Position numbers and translations under genes: made by a program | Shown here: positions 50,977 through 62,453 of the stretch, piece by piece | How the letters are laid out: each line of letters begins with the position of its first letter | How positions within the stretch are numbered: position 1 is the first letter of the stretch | Notes under the pieces: model-generated | The model's database searches: none | What the model was told of the DNA's origin: nothing | What the model saw: the letters and a program-made list of their open reading frames with translations, nothing else | NCBI RefSeq assembly: GCF_003918875.1 | Contig: NW_025766581.1 | Location: 558,001 to 622,000 of the forward strand | Direction of reading: 5' to 3' | DNA from: Haliotis rubra | Lineage: Eukaryota | DNA: 64,000 nt

Positions 50977-51932
50977 TCAAAATACAAAACCCCTTTCCTT
51001 CATAAAGTCCAAAGCTTTCATCCCGATCTTCGGTCTACTCTCTTTGGGCCTCCGTGGAGGGATATGGAGACAGTCCATGCTCTTCACGATTTCCTTTACG
51101 TCGTATGAAGTCTGGTAGTCCTTAATGGGAGTGAGAGCATGTTCTAGATTACTATAACGTTTGTCGTTTGTTAAACTATCCATACTCGCCCCGTATTTCC
51201 TTGAAGGTCCTTTTTTGGCCCAAGTTTTCACTCCACCCTCGGTCGATTCTCGTCCGATTGCACCGAGCATCGTTACCGAGGCCGCCGACATAACAACGTT
51301 TGGAAATCTTGAGGCATCTGATGCCGGCGATCCGTTGGTCCAGGATTTCGAACTGTGAGTCTCTGGTAACTTAAAGGTCCCTGGTGGTTTCGAAGCCATT
51401 TCGGTTACCAGATCTGGTATAAACGTAACTGATTTACCCTTTAAACTCTGGTCATTGTTCCGCAATTCCTTTGGCCTGTCGCGTCCGTTCTTGGGATCCA
51501 TCCTCTCAAGAAACGCCTGACGCGCATTCAAGCATTTTCCCGTTCCCTTAACACGATACGAAGACACACTGGAGTCACTGTTTTCTATAGAAGATCTCCG
51601 ACTGCTTGCTGTGTCACTCTGACTCAAAATCCGTTTGAAGACACTGGACTTCCGCTGCATTCTGTCGACGAACACTTTCTTCTCGTAGGCATTCTGGCTA
51701 AGGAATTTATACCTCTCTTTCGACAGATCCCATAGTTTCGACTTCAGCATTCGCTCCTCTGTAACGTTATCGACCAGCTGACCAGACATTCTAGACGCCT
51801 CGTGATTAGCTCCCAGCGGATCTGCGTCCTTCTTAACCCAGCTTCCATCTCCTTCATGGCATTGGACTTGTTGGACATGAACTTGGATTTAATCCGAGGT
51901 GGTGCGCTCTTTGGTTTGGGATGCATTGTCAT
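50977..51932 (-). CDS. Uncharacterised basic protein, single coding exon, frameshifted by 8 bp near 51780 (315 aa if repaired; 270-aa downstream ORF otherwise)
   Basis: ORFs 51744-51959 and 50977-51789 join as RRLECLVDNVTEERMLKSKL if 8 nt are removed. Upstream acceptor tttgcttacag at 52355 and candidate donor CAG|GTAAGC at 57171. Confidence 0.7.
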
Positions 51933-52926
51933 GGCCTTGTCTTGGTCACTTTTCGCCAACTCGATTACTCACAGGACTTCGTAAGTATCACATCCTCCAG
52001 GGAACAAGTCAGCGTCGGTGTTCATGTCGTGTAATGACTTCAGAGATTAATTACAGAGGGGAGCCATCAACACTGGGAGACAGGTTTTTGACGTCAGGAA
52101 CAGTCGAAACTGAAAATATCCAAAGCACATTCAGGATGTGGGCTATGAATAATGTATTACTGGTATAATTTTTATACTCTCGTTAACTGCTTGTTATCCG
52201 TTAATTACCGTTCCCAAGAGTCCCATGACATTTCGTCCTGATTGACGATCTTACGTTTTCTGACCGAGTCTCATTTCTTCTCGATACGTTCTTCGTGAAT
52301 TCTTTTTGATCAGGTGAAATACTCGCCGAGGGACCACAATGCCTGAATTCCCACCTGTAAGCAAACAGAGTATGGAGTAAGACTTTTTCAGCTAGTTTCC
52401 TTTACGTGTTTATTAGGCGTGAACTATTGGCTGAGATCATATATTCAGAACTCAAGCGATCCGTTATTGATTGCAAAACAATATGCAAGGAGAAACTCAC
52501 GTAACACACGCTGGGTAAATCATTTAGGATATCCAGGTGAGATTACATGTAGCCAAGGCACAAATGCCTACCTTTCGGCTTAACTGACCGCCTACCTTTG
52601 ATGTCACAGTGCCAATCTGATTTAAACTGACCGTCCTAATATTATGGGCGAGTGTTGATAGTGATTGTTGACTAAGTAGGTGTGTTTTGATTGGATTATC
52701 TCTAGGGTTCTTGGTCATACAAAAATCACTTGTTGCATGGTAGCTGGGTTGATTATGTCACAAAGATTTGCGCTTGTCCTTTGGACGGTATGTTACGAAA
52801 GGAAAACACATACGATGTTACAATGTTAATTGTAATGACTAGTGTGTGAGTGAGTGTTTTACTGAGATAGTGTGTCCCTTCAACCGTATTCTGTTATGTC
52901 ACAAACTATAAGGTTCGGGTACTGAG

Positions 52927-53089
52927 AGGGGCGATGAGGTAGCTAGTGGTTTAAGCGTTCGTTCGTCACGCCGAAGACCCGGGTTCGATTCCCCACATGG
53001 GTACAATCTGTGAAGCCCATTTCCGGTGTCCCCGCCGTGATATTGCTGGAATATTGCTAAAAGCGGCGTAAATTTTGACTCACTCACTC
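52927..53089 (+). mobile_element. SINE family A
   Basis: Consensus match. Confidence 0.88.
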
Positions 53090-54104
53090 CTACAGCAAAG
53101 TGACAAACCGCGATGAAACGCTCCCAACTAAGGTCAGAAACACACTCTCTCATATAACCACGATATTAATTGACACGCTACAACAAACCGATTTTTCATT
53201 GTCGTCAGTGTACAGCAAAAAATGAATCCTGTCACCTTTCCATTCTCTTTTGCTTTTGTCACTGTAATAGTAGAAACGATAAAACTAAAAAATAACCTCG
53301 AATCTATTTACACTCTTTTCCTTTACTCGATCATTGTTTTCAAGATGATTGTAGCCAGAGAAAGATAGATCCCTGGTTATGAAGGAGGATATTGTCTGTG
53401 TGCTGTTAGTTACCCCCTACTTCAGGGTGTTGTCAACACCAGTTTCATTAAACTCCCCGGGGAGTAATCTCAATACACATCGCCACCTCAAACAGTGATT
53501 TACATCGATCACCGCTACCTTGTTTACTTCACGTGGTGTAATAAACGAGTAATACAGATTTAACCCACACGTGATCGATACAAACATTATATTAAACGCA
53601 TATAGTTTACGCTGTACGTTGGAGGTTCGAGGCCCAACTATCTTATAGGGTAGTGGTTGTTATGGCCCATTGACCTAGTGGTCGAAGCGTTTGCTAGTCA
53701 CGCCGAAGAACCAGGTTCGATTCCAAACATGGGTGCATTGTATGAATCCATTTCTGGTTTCGTTATATTGCTGGAATTTTGCTAAAACCACTATTCTTAA
53801 AGCAGATTCCTGGTTTGTGATGAGCAAGCACTTACATATAATCATTAAAGCTATGCTGATAAAATGTAAGGCACATATGAAGCAATAGAAACATGAGATG
53901 TATTTTACCTAGTACGGATATATGTTATTAAAAACTGTAATTCACAAATGCAAGTGGGGTATATATTAAAATGTATGTGAGTGAGGTGGGTTTTACGTCG
54001 CTTTTAGCAATAGTCCGGCAATAAGACGGCGGGGACACCAGAAATGAGCTTCAGACATTGTGCCCATGTGTGAATCGAACCCGGGATATATTGAAAAGAA
54101 TGTA

Positions 54105-54860
54105 TTCAAAGGAACATATAAAGTATATATTCAAGGGAACATGGAGGTATATAATTCAAGGGAACGTGTGAGGTATATGTTTAAGGGTACATGTTAGGCA
54201 TATGTTCAAGGGGACATGTGAGGTAGGTATTCAAGGGGACATGTTAGGCATATGTTCAAGGGGACATGTGAGGTAGGTATTCAAGGGGACATGTTAGGCA
54301 TATGTTCAAGGGGACATGTCAGGCATATGTTCAAGGGGACATGTTAGGCATATGTTCAAGGGGACATGTTAGGCATATGTTCAAGGGGACATGTTAGGCA
54401 TATGTTCAAGGGGACATGTGAGGTAGGTATTCAAGGGGACATGTGAGGTAGGTATTCAAGGGGACATATGAGGTAGGTATTCAAGGGGACATGTGAGGCA
54501 TATGTTCAAGGGGACATGTTAGGCATATGTTCAAGGGGACATGTGAGGTAGGTATTCAAGGGGACATGTGAGGTATGTATTCAAGGGGACATGTGAGGTA
54601 GGTATTCAAGGGGACATGTGAGGTAGGCATTCAAGGGGACATGTGAGGCATATGTTAAAGGGGACATGTGAGGTAGGTATTCAAGGGGACATGTGAGGTA
54701 GGTATTCAAAGGGACATGTGAGGTAGGTATTCAAGGGGACATGTGAGGCATATGTTCAGGGGATAATTGAGGTAATAATACAAGGAATCGTGGTGTGTAT
54801 ATTCAAGGGAACACGTGAGGTATGTATTCAAGGGAACACGTGAGGTATATATTCAAGGAA
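54105..54860. repeat. 25-bp minisatellite with two interspersed variants
   Basis: ttcaaggggacatgtgaggtaggta and ttcaaggggacatgttaggcatatg; degenerate units at both edges. Confidence 0.95.
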
Positions 54861-55109
54861 ACAAATGTGCATAACTACACATGTCACGAATGGAAATTTT
54901 AAATCAATGTGTGTATTTCGGGGATGTTGCAAACCAGAACTTGCCAAACATTATATAGTTCAAACAAATATGTAATGTCTTTTGATACGTTATTTACAAC
55001 AGAGCAACACCCATGACCGGTCCCAATGAAATCGATACGAAACCACCAGATTAACATTTCAGACAAATCCTTGGTTGAGACCAATACTGGCGGAATCGTA
55101 CTCAATCGG

Positions 55110-55247
55110 TTGAGTGAGTGAGTTTAGTTTAACGCCGCTTTTAGCAATATTCCAACAATGTCACGGTGGGGACACCAGAAATGGGCTTCACACATTGTAC
55201 CCATGTGGGTAAAGAACGCTTTAATCACTAGGCTACTCCACAGCTCC
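55110..55247 (-). mobile_element. SINE family A, internally deleted
   Basis: Consensus match; imperfect TSD caat(c/g)ggttga. Confidence 0.8.
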
Positions 55248-55259
55248 CAATGGGTTGAA

Positions 55260-56013
55260 GGAGAAAAACAAACTTCTATGGATACGACCAATGTTGCTTC
55301 CACGTCCCTGTCAAAGCCTAGGTTTCGGTAGACAAAACCTGGCTTCAGAAGACAGAAGATAGTGTTCTGTTCAAAGATGAGTCAAAGTTTCATCTGGACA
55401 GCTCTAATAGTCGTGCAAGGATTTACAGGAGTACACGAGGAAGGTTTTAGTTAGTCGACGTCGTCAGTGAAATGGAAGGGGCTGTCATCATCAGAGAACA
55501 TAGCTCATCACCGTAATTGTTAATTAGAATGGCGTCCACTTCCGGGACGACATCGTTCGAGATCGTGTTCTACCGTTTTGGCAAATACAGGAACCTAACG
55601 GTGAAGCAGGATAATGTTCACCCACATATTGCACATTCAAAAACAAGTCTACACTGACATGACCGGCTGTTTCTCCAGACCTCTTCCCCAAACATGTCTG
55701 GGATGAAATGGGGTAGCATAGTGGTTAAAGCGTTCGCTTGTCACGCCGAAGACCCAGGTTCGATTCCCCACATGGGTACAATATGTGAAGCCCATTTCTG
55801 GTGTCCCCAGCTGTGCTATTGCTGGATTTTACTAAAAGTGGCGTAAAACTAAACTCACTCACTGGGATGAAAAGGAGCAACGCCTAACAGGACCAGGAAC
55901 AGCCTTAACGCTTGCTCAGGAGACATAATGCTTGAATCATATTTGGAACCACAACCTTAAGGCTGTTTTCATCCATCCACTATCAATGCAAACGATGGTC
56001 ACACCCGCTATTG
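55260..56013 (+). mobile_element. Highly decayed Tc1 transposase relic with a nested family A SINE (55710-55862)
   Basis: Remnants VLFKDESKF, KQDNVHPH, PAVSPDL, KHVWDE and DGHTRY*; SINE TSD ctgggatgaaa. Confidence 0.75.
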
Positions 56014-58249
56014 ATATTATTAATTGAATCATTACCACCACTCTTTAGGGATGTTTCGCTCCGTCTCCCGTGACGAGGTATGGGTTTTGTTGATCAGTTT
56101 GTTATGATATAATATTTATCAGACAAATGGCCAAATATTATCTTGATATTTTCCTAAGATCGCATTTCGATTACTTTATATGAAACACATTTAGCTTTTC
56201 CATAGGTATATTTTTTCTCGCTGACTTGGTTGACACATGCCATCGTATCCAAATTGCATAGATCGATACTCATTGTGTTGAAGACAGGATTGTCTGGTCC
56301 AGATTGTTTACAGACCGCTGGAATATTGCTGAGTGCGGCGTAAAACTAAACTCACTCACCCATAGATGTTTTTAGTTTCATTGAGTCTTCACTGACTTTG
56401 AGTCACAAGTTTGAGTTTCAAGGAATATTTCAAGGAATATAATGAACTTCAGCTTTCATTTGATATGTGCATTTTAATATACACATACATGCATGCAATA
56501 AATAGCATTATGTGAGACGTGTAACTAGTCGGTATAGAAACCAGTTGAACGTTTTGACAATAATACTCCCTGAACCTGTGTAGTACACCGGGTTATGGCA
56601 TTGTCAACTCGTGTTTCTATAGACTACACGCTCATACATACGTCGCCCATTGTGACACAGACAATGATTCATGACAATGTCACAATGTTGAACAATGCAT
56701 GAGTGTGTCGTCTAAATGTTTATTGTCACATAATGTAACGATCGTATTGCTCGTGTCTCTTAATCACAATGTACGTTGCAATAATACCGATGCATCTTGT
56801 TTGGAATCACATTGTTTTTTAAAGTACCCAATTTATAACATTAGACACGAATAAAAATCGCAGAAAAAAAAGCAGAGAAAACAATTTGTTCAGAAAAATA
56901 TACTGACTGACCTTTCGTTCAAGGTTCGTCCACACCACATGGCTATCGGTAACGATGTATATCGTGTATACTATTTGATTGTGTGTAGGATATAAATCTA
57001 TCAATATTACTACCATTAGATGGGCAAAGTGACCCATATGCACACCTTACTAATAAACATGCTGCCTTAAATGACAGTTTGTACATGGTAAGACATCAAT
57101 CAATGACCATTTAAACTCACAAAACGAAATACATGTACCTGAATATAACAAAATATAAATAGTAGCTTACCTGTTGGACCAACAAACGCATATAACACGC
57201 AGCTAAACGTTGCTACATAGATTTTTCTCAGGGCCGGTATTGCTCTTGTCACAAACCACCCATGTGTGTAATGTACTCGACATAAGCGCTCAACAGTATC
57301 AATGAATCGTTAAAGATAATCCTCATATGTCATAATCCCCAGGCGGGAGCGACCAGCTTTACCCGTCCTGTGGCCGTCCGCGGGGAAGGTGGTGTTCTAC
57401 ATGCCTTGTTCGTGCAAGACGCTTGAATTGATTTCCGATAATCTTGAAAAGATTTACCGCTAGTATATGCAAGGTGTCTAACTGTGTACGCTCTCGTGTT
57501 GTCATGGGGGATATCATTAGGAAATGCATTCTGCCACCCTTCCATTATAATCCTATCAATAAACATATAGTTATTCATTATGAAATATGATATGGAGTAA
57601 GCTTAAAATACTTGGTATAGAGGGTAAACCAATTACATGATAAATTAGAAGTTAATTTACTTTGCTCGGTACAGGCAGAATGTTGTTTTTAGCAGAATAT
57701 ATGTATCTCATATTTAGACGCGTATTTGGAAAGGTGACATTTAGGTCACGTATACTACGGTACAGCGTTCAAAGGGAACATCTACCACAACGAAAACTAT
57801 GGTCACAGTTTCTGGTTGAAAGAGTTCATGACTCAAAACATAACCTTGCATGTCGCCATTCTTCTAATCCCAATTTTCACGGTTAAGTAAGGAAAGACAA
57901 GTGTATACATTCATGCCATATCCAGGTCTGGTAAAGACGCCTGTAGCCTCCAGGGTGGCTTGGTTATTCTTGAGTGTGTCTCGCCACAATCACACAAAGG
58001 TACTGTTCGTGAGGTCCGTGTTAAATTACCACTTGTCACCTACTCGTGTTGTTACAGTGTCGAGCAGACCGTCGTGGTGATTATTGTAACATTAGAGGAC
58101 GGGGGAGGTAACGCGTACAATGACGGCGATCTGGACATTTGACCTCCTTGATGCCCTTGTTCACAGAGATACTTTTATCATGGTAGACAGTGGTAGGAAA
58201 TACGTTTCTGATTTACTTCTGAGGTTAGGTCGGCTGTGTGTAGTAGGCT

Positions 58250-58468
58250 GGCAGTGATGCAATGCCTTACATCATAATGTACTCTGTTCCAGCAGAAAAG
58301 GGGTACCCGGTGGGATAAGTCACGTGACTATAACCTTCTAGCGCCTCACAGGCTTTTTGTGTTATCCGGGGTAATATTTAATGAACTCTGACTTACATGC
58401 GCTTAGAGCATGTCCCTCAGTGATGTGGATGAGGCGCTATAAATGTACATTTTTATTGTTATTACTCT
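58250..58468 (+). mobile_element. Old SINE-like repeat with an L2-like 3' end; related copy at about 14590-14790
   Basis: Shared ccagcag...ggta(c/a)ccggtgggat...ccggg(g)taata; ends gcgctataaat...ttattgttattact. Confidence 0.4.
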
Positions 58469-60016
58469 ATCTTTCAGTGGTGAGGATTTGCTCGGAACTG
58501 AGCTAGGATTGGCCTGTTTTAAATTACCAATGTAAAGCTCTGCCCCCACCCTTTCACTGGACCATGCACTTTTGTAACCATCATTTTTGCTGCACCCCCT
58601 AACTACCCTAACCAACATGGGCACAACACCTGAAGCCTATTTCTGCTACCCCCTGCTGTGATATTGCTTTAATAGTTGCCGTAAAACCATACCCACTCAC
58701 TCTTAGCCACTCTGATTACCCCAAAACAGAGAAATAAAAAGCCTTGAAAAAACATGCTTTCGAAAATGTTAATATTGTTGCAAGTTTTATATCTCCATAA
58801 TTTGTGCAATTCATTCATAAGATTCTGATCGATGCTCATGCTGTTGATCACTGGATTGTCTGGTCCAGCTTCGATTATTTACAGACCGCCACCATATAGC
58901 TGGAATATTGCTGAGTGTGGCGTAAAAAGAAATGGTCCCATATTTTCTGACAAGTCTAAATTGTTCTGATAGGTTCCTCTGTCCAAAGTAGTGATATACG
59001 ACGTTTCTGTAATTACACAGGTTCAAGTCTGGAACACGTGACGAATAGCGCACAAGATAAAACAAATAGTAATGCAGCTGTGTGTGCAGGAAAAACCTTC
59101 CACTTTACCTCCAACGGATGCCCGTTTCATATGTGGTGTGTTCCGTTATTCATTGTTTTTAAGCTCATACATATTTTATTGATTCATATTTTATTATGGA
59201 ACAAATTATGTTCACCTTTGCTATATTATGTTTGAGAGTTTCAAGTCGTCCATCTGTCATGTGTATCCCACAGCTCCGATATTCGCAGAGTTGCCTCCCT
59301 TGGACTTACCAGAAACTTTCGTGGGCTCGAATCCCAGTTTACCTCGATTATGTCCCTTGGCTGGTATTAGGGTAAGCGGAACAACCCTGCGTGTGGCTTC
59401 TACCAAAGAGGGGACGATGAGGTAAAGCGTTCGCTCTTCACCCCGAAGACACGAGTTCGATCCCTCGCATGGGTACAAGGAGTGAAACCATTTCCGGTGT
59501 CCCCGCCGTGATATTGCTGCAATATTGCTGCATTATTGCTGAAAGATCTTCATCTGACATCATCTTCATTATCACATTCCTCCCTCTCCCGAACTCACCT
59601 ACACACTCAAATGGACAACTATTCCATGAAAGATTTTCAAGGAAATTTGACACTGGTCGAAGACGCTTACCTTGTTTTTTCAAACAAGTCATGGGTGTGA
59701 TGTAAACAGACCGACAGCCAGTCTGCGTAAGTCTTTCGAGTTGATTCACGAACACCCATTTTTATTGCTACACTGTTAAAAACGCCGCAAGATAATCCAT
59801 GATAAATTCGATACAAATGCAATAGTTTTAATTGAAGGCTGTTAGTCACTGTTTTGGTGTAGTGCTCAAACAAAACCTTTATGAAGAAATTAAATAAGAT
59901 CGCATGAAAATGTAAAGGTGGTTGCACGTGCAAGTTATCACAAGCATGTGCAGTGACAATGACTGTATGATCAAACGTTTAATCAGTCATCATCTAGTCA
60001 TACGTTTGTCGACCAT

Positions 60017-60240
60017 ACCCATGAGAATTGATCTTCAGCATCCCATGCTTGTCGTGAGCGGCGACAAACGGGATCGGGTTACTCGCTGACTTGGTTGACT
60101 TGGTCATCGTATCCCAATTGCGTAGATCGATGCTTATGATGTTGATCACTGGATTGTCTGGTCCTGACTCGATTGTTTACAGATTGCCGCCATATAGCTG
60201 GAATATTGCTGAGTGCGGCGCAAAAATAAACTCATTCACC
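60017..60240 (+). mobile_element. Family B retroposon
   Basis: Consensus match including most of the head. Confidence 0.85.
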
Positions 60241-61092
60241 ATGTACTTATACTGCAAAGGCTCAGTGGTGTCAAGTGCTACACCGCCAACAGTGAAGCTG
60301 AATACAGTGGATAGTCCCAGCAGGTATTCTGTTGCTCGTCATTTCAGCGCAGGACAGTACACCAGATTATGAGGACGCTTATGAGGACGGTATACCGGCC
60401 TCAAATGGCAGATTCAGCAACAAGTCCCAGATTGATCGCCCCTACAAGATCGGGTCTTTCATCGACATAATCGATATCCCGCATATCAACTACGTAGATT
60501 ATATATTTTTTTAATGTAGCTCTAATCCGTTTCCAAGTGGAAGTTGCTTTAATGTTTTATAAAGTACAGATTCTATACGTCTTATTCCAGTGTAACATCC
60601 TCAGGGTATGCTTAGTTGGATACGTCATTGCTACGTTAATCTTGAACTCACTCACGCTACTTAACAGGGTTTTTTCCATGGAGCTGTCGTGTTGCAGTTA
60701 CAACTTGAAAGACAGAGAGAAGAATCCCTGGAAAACATTAACTTCTCCCCACACTAAACAGTAAACAAAAATGTTCTCTGACATTATAGGCAACAATGCC
60801 TTGAGGGTTCCGAAGTATTTGCCGAAGAAAAACTCGATAACCTTTCACTAACCACGACAAATAATCTTCGTTGACTATGCGAAGGGTTACAAAAATTGAA
60901 AGTAATTTTACATCAATATTTATTGGATGAATATTGTCAATAACAGTTAGGCGCCGTCGGCAGTTGGCCATCTCTCTCACAACTCCAACGCTGCTATGGG
61001 AGAGGACATCCTGACAAGAAAACAAAATCAATTAGCAGATCTTCACAACACGATGTAAATATTGCTTTCTTCCAAGGAAACATTGACATCAA

Positions 61093-61425
61093 ATCATTAC
61101 CTCACGTATGAACACTGAGAACGACTAATCATGTTATATATTTTTATAAAGAAAAGGATATGATAAAAACATATTGAACTATGTAGCTATTGATCGTTAG
61201 ACAGGAATGAGGTGAGGTGAAATTGGGTTTAAGGTTGTGCTTGAGAATATTTCGATCATTACCTCACGTATGAACACTGAGAACGACTAATCATGTTATA
61301 TATTTTTATAAAGAAAAGGATATGATAAAAACATAATTATTGAACTGTGTAGCTATTGATCGTTAGACAGGAATGAGGTGAGGTGAAATTGGGTTTAAGG
61401 TTGTGCTTGAGAATATTTCGATCAT
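61093..61425. repeat. Tandem duplication, ~163-bp unit, copying the family C tail and its flank
   Basis: atcattacctcacgtatg...gagaatatttcg occurs twice. Confidence 0.92.
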
Positions 61426-61731
61426 ATGATGACATGCATGCGTGTGTATGTGTATGTGCGGCTGCTTGTACTAGCCCAGACTTAAGCTGGTTTTATAGTG
61501 CTAGCCCACTGAGATACCATGCCGCAATTAAGCATGAATACCCCACTCAGACACATTATATTGACTCCGAGCCGACCAGTCCTTGTTGTACCCATTAATG
61601 CCGAGCACCAGGCAGGGACCAACAATTTAAGTACCATATTTTAACGTCTTTCGGTATGACGCGGTCGGGGATCGAACCCGCGACCTTCCGCTCTCCGGGC
61701 GGACGCTCTAACCACTACACCACGGAGGAGG
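61373..61731 (-). mobile_element. tRNA-derived SINE family C, full length, V-domain-like core
   Basis: A box tggtgtagtggtt, B box ggttcgatcc, core gtcataccgaaagacgttaaaatatggtac...cctgcctggtgctcggcat, (ACCTC)n tail, TSD aga(c/t)aggaatga. The V-SINE assignment is from memory. Confidence 0.85.
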
Positions 61732-61997
61732 TAAGATAGGAATGAAAAAAGTATTTCATATTTTCGCAAATCGTCCGAGACGAAGCTTCCTTCCGGTCAA
61801 ACATAGTAGAAGAAAGAAGAAGAAGAAAATAGTTTATTAACGTGTCCCGTGGTATACAACTGACAAGTTAAAATCGCATAAAATACAATACAAAATGTAG
61901 ACCACCCGGCCCTACGACCTATGAGACACGATAACTACTTAACACAGTAAAGAAATCATTTACACTCTTGTTTACACAAGGATCAAGTGATTGTAAA

Positions 61998-62220
61998 GCC
62001 CCGTGAAGATCCGGGATAGAATTGGTCTTCTGCAACCAATGCTTGTCGTAAAGGGCGACTAACGCGATCGGGTGGTCGGACTCGCTGACTTGGTTGACAC
62101 ATATCATCGTATCCCATATGCTCATGATGTTAATCACTGGATTGTCTGGTCCAAACTCAATTATTTACGGACCGCCGGAATACTGAGGCGGAATATTGCT
62201 GACTGCGGCGTTAAACAATA
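61998..62220 (+). mobile_element. Family B retroposon with the best-preserved 5' head
   Basis: cccgtgaagatccgggatagaattggtcttctgcaaccaatgcttgtcgtaaagggcgactaacgcg... Confidence 0.87.
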
Positions 62221-62281
62221 TTGACATAACTTTGTCCTGAGCTAGGAATCGTGAACGCCACCCACCTCTTCTAACCTAGGT

Positions 62282-62448
62282 GGGGGCGGTGTGGTAGCCT
62301 AGTGGTTAAGGCCTTCGTTCGTCACGCCGAAGACCCGGGTTCGATTCCCCACATGGGTACAATGTGTGAAGCCCATTCTTGGTGTCCCCCGCGTGATATT
62401 GCTGGAATAGTGCTAAAAGCGCATAAACTCAAACTCACTCACTCACTC
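62282..62448 (+). mobile_element. SINE family A inserted at the PLAT gene stop codon
   Basis: TSD ctaacctaggtg at 62271-62282 and 62449-62460. Confidence 0.92.
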
Positions 62449-62453
62449 CTAAC

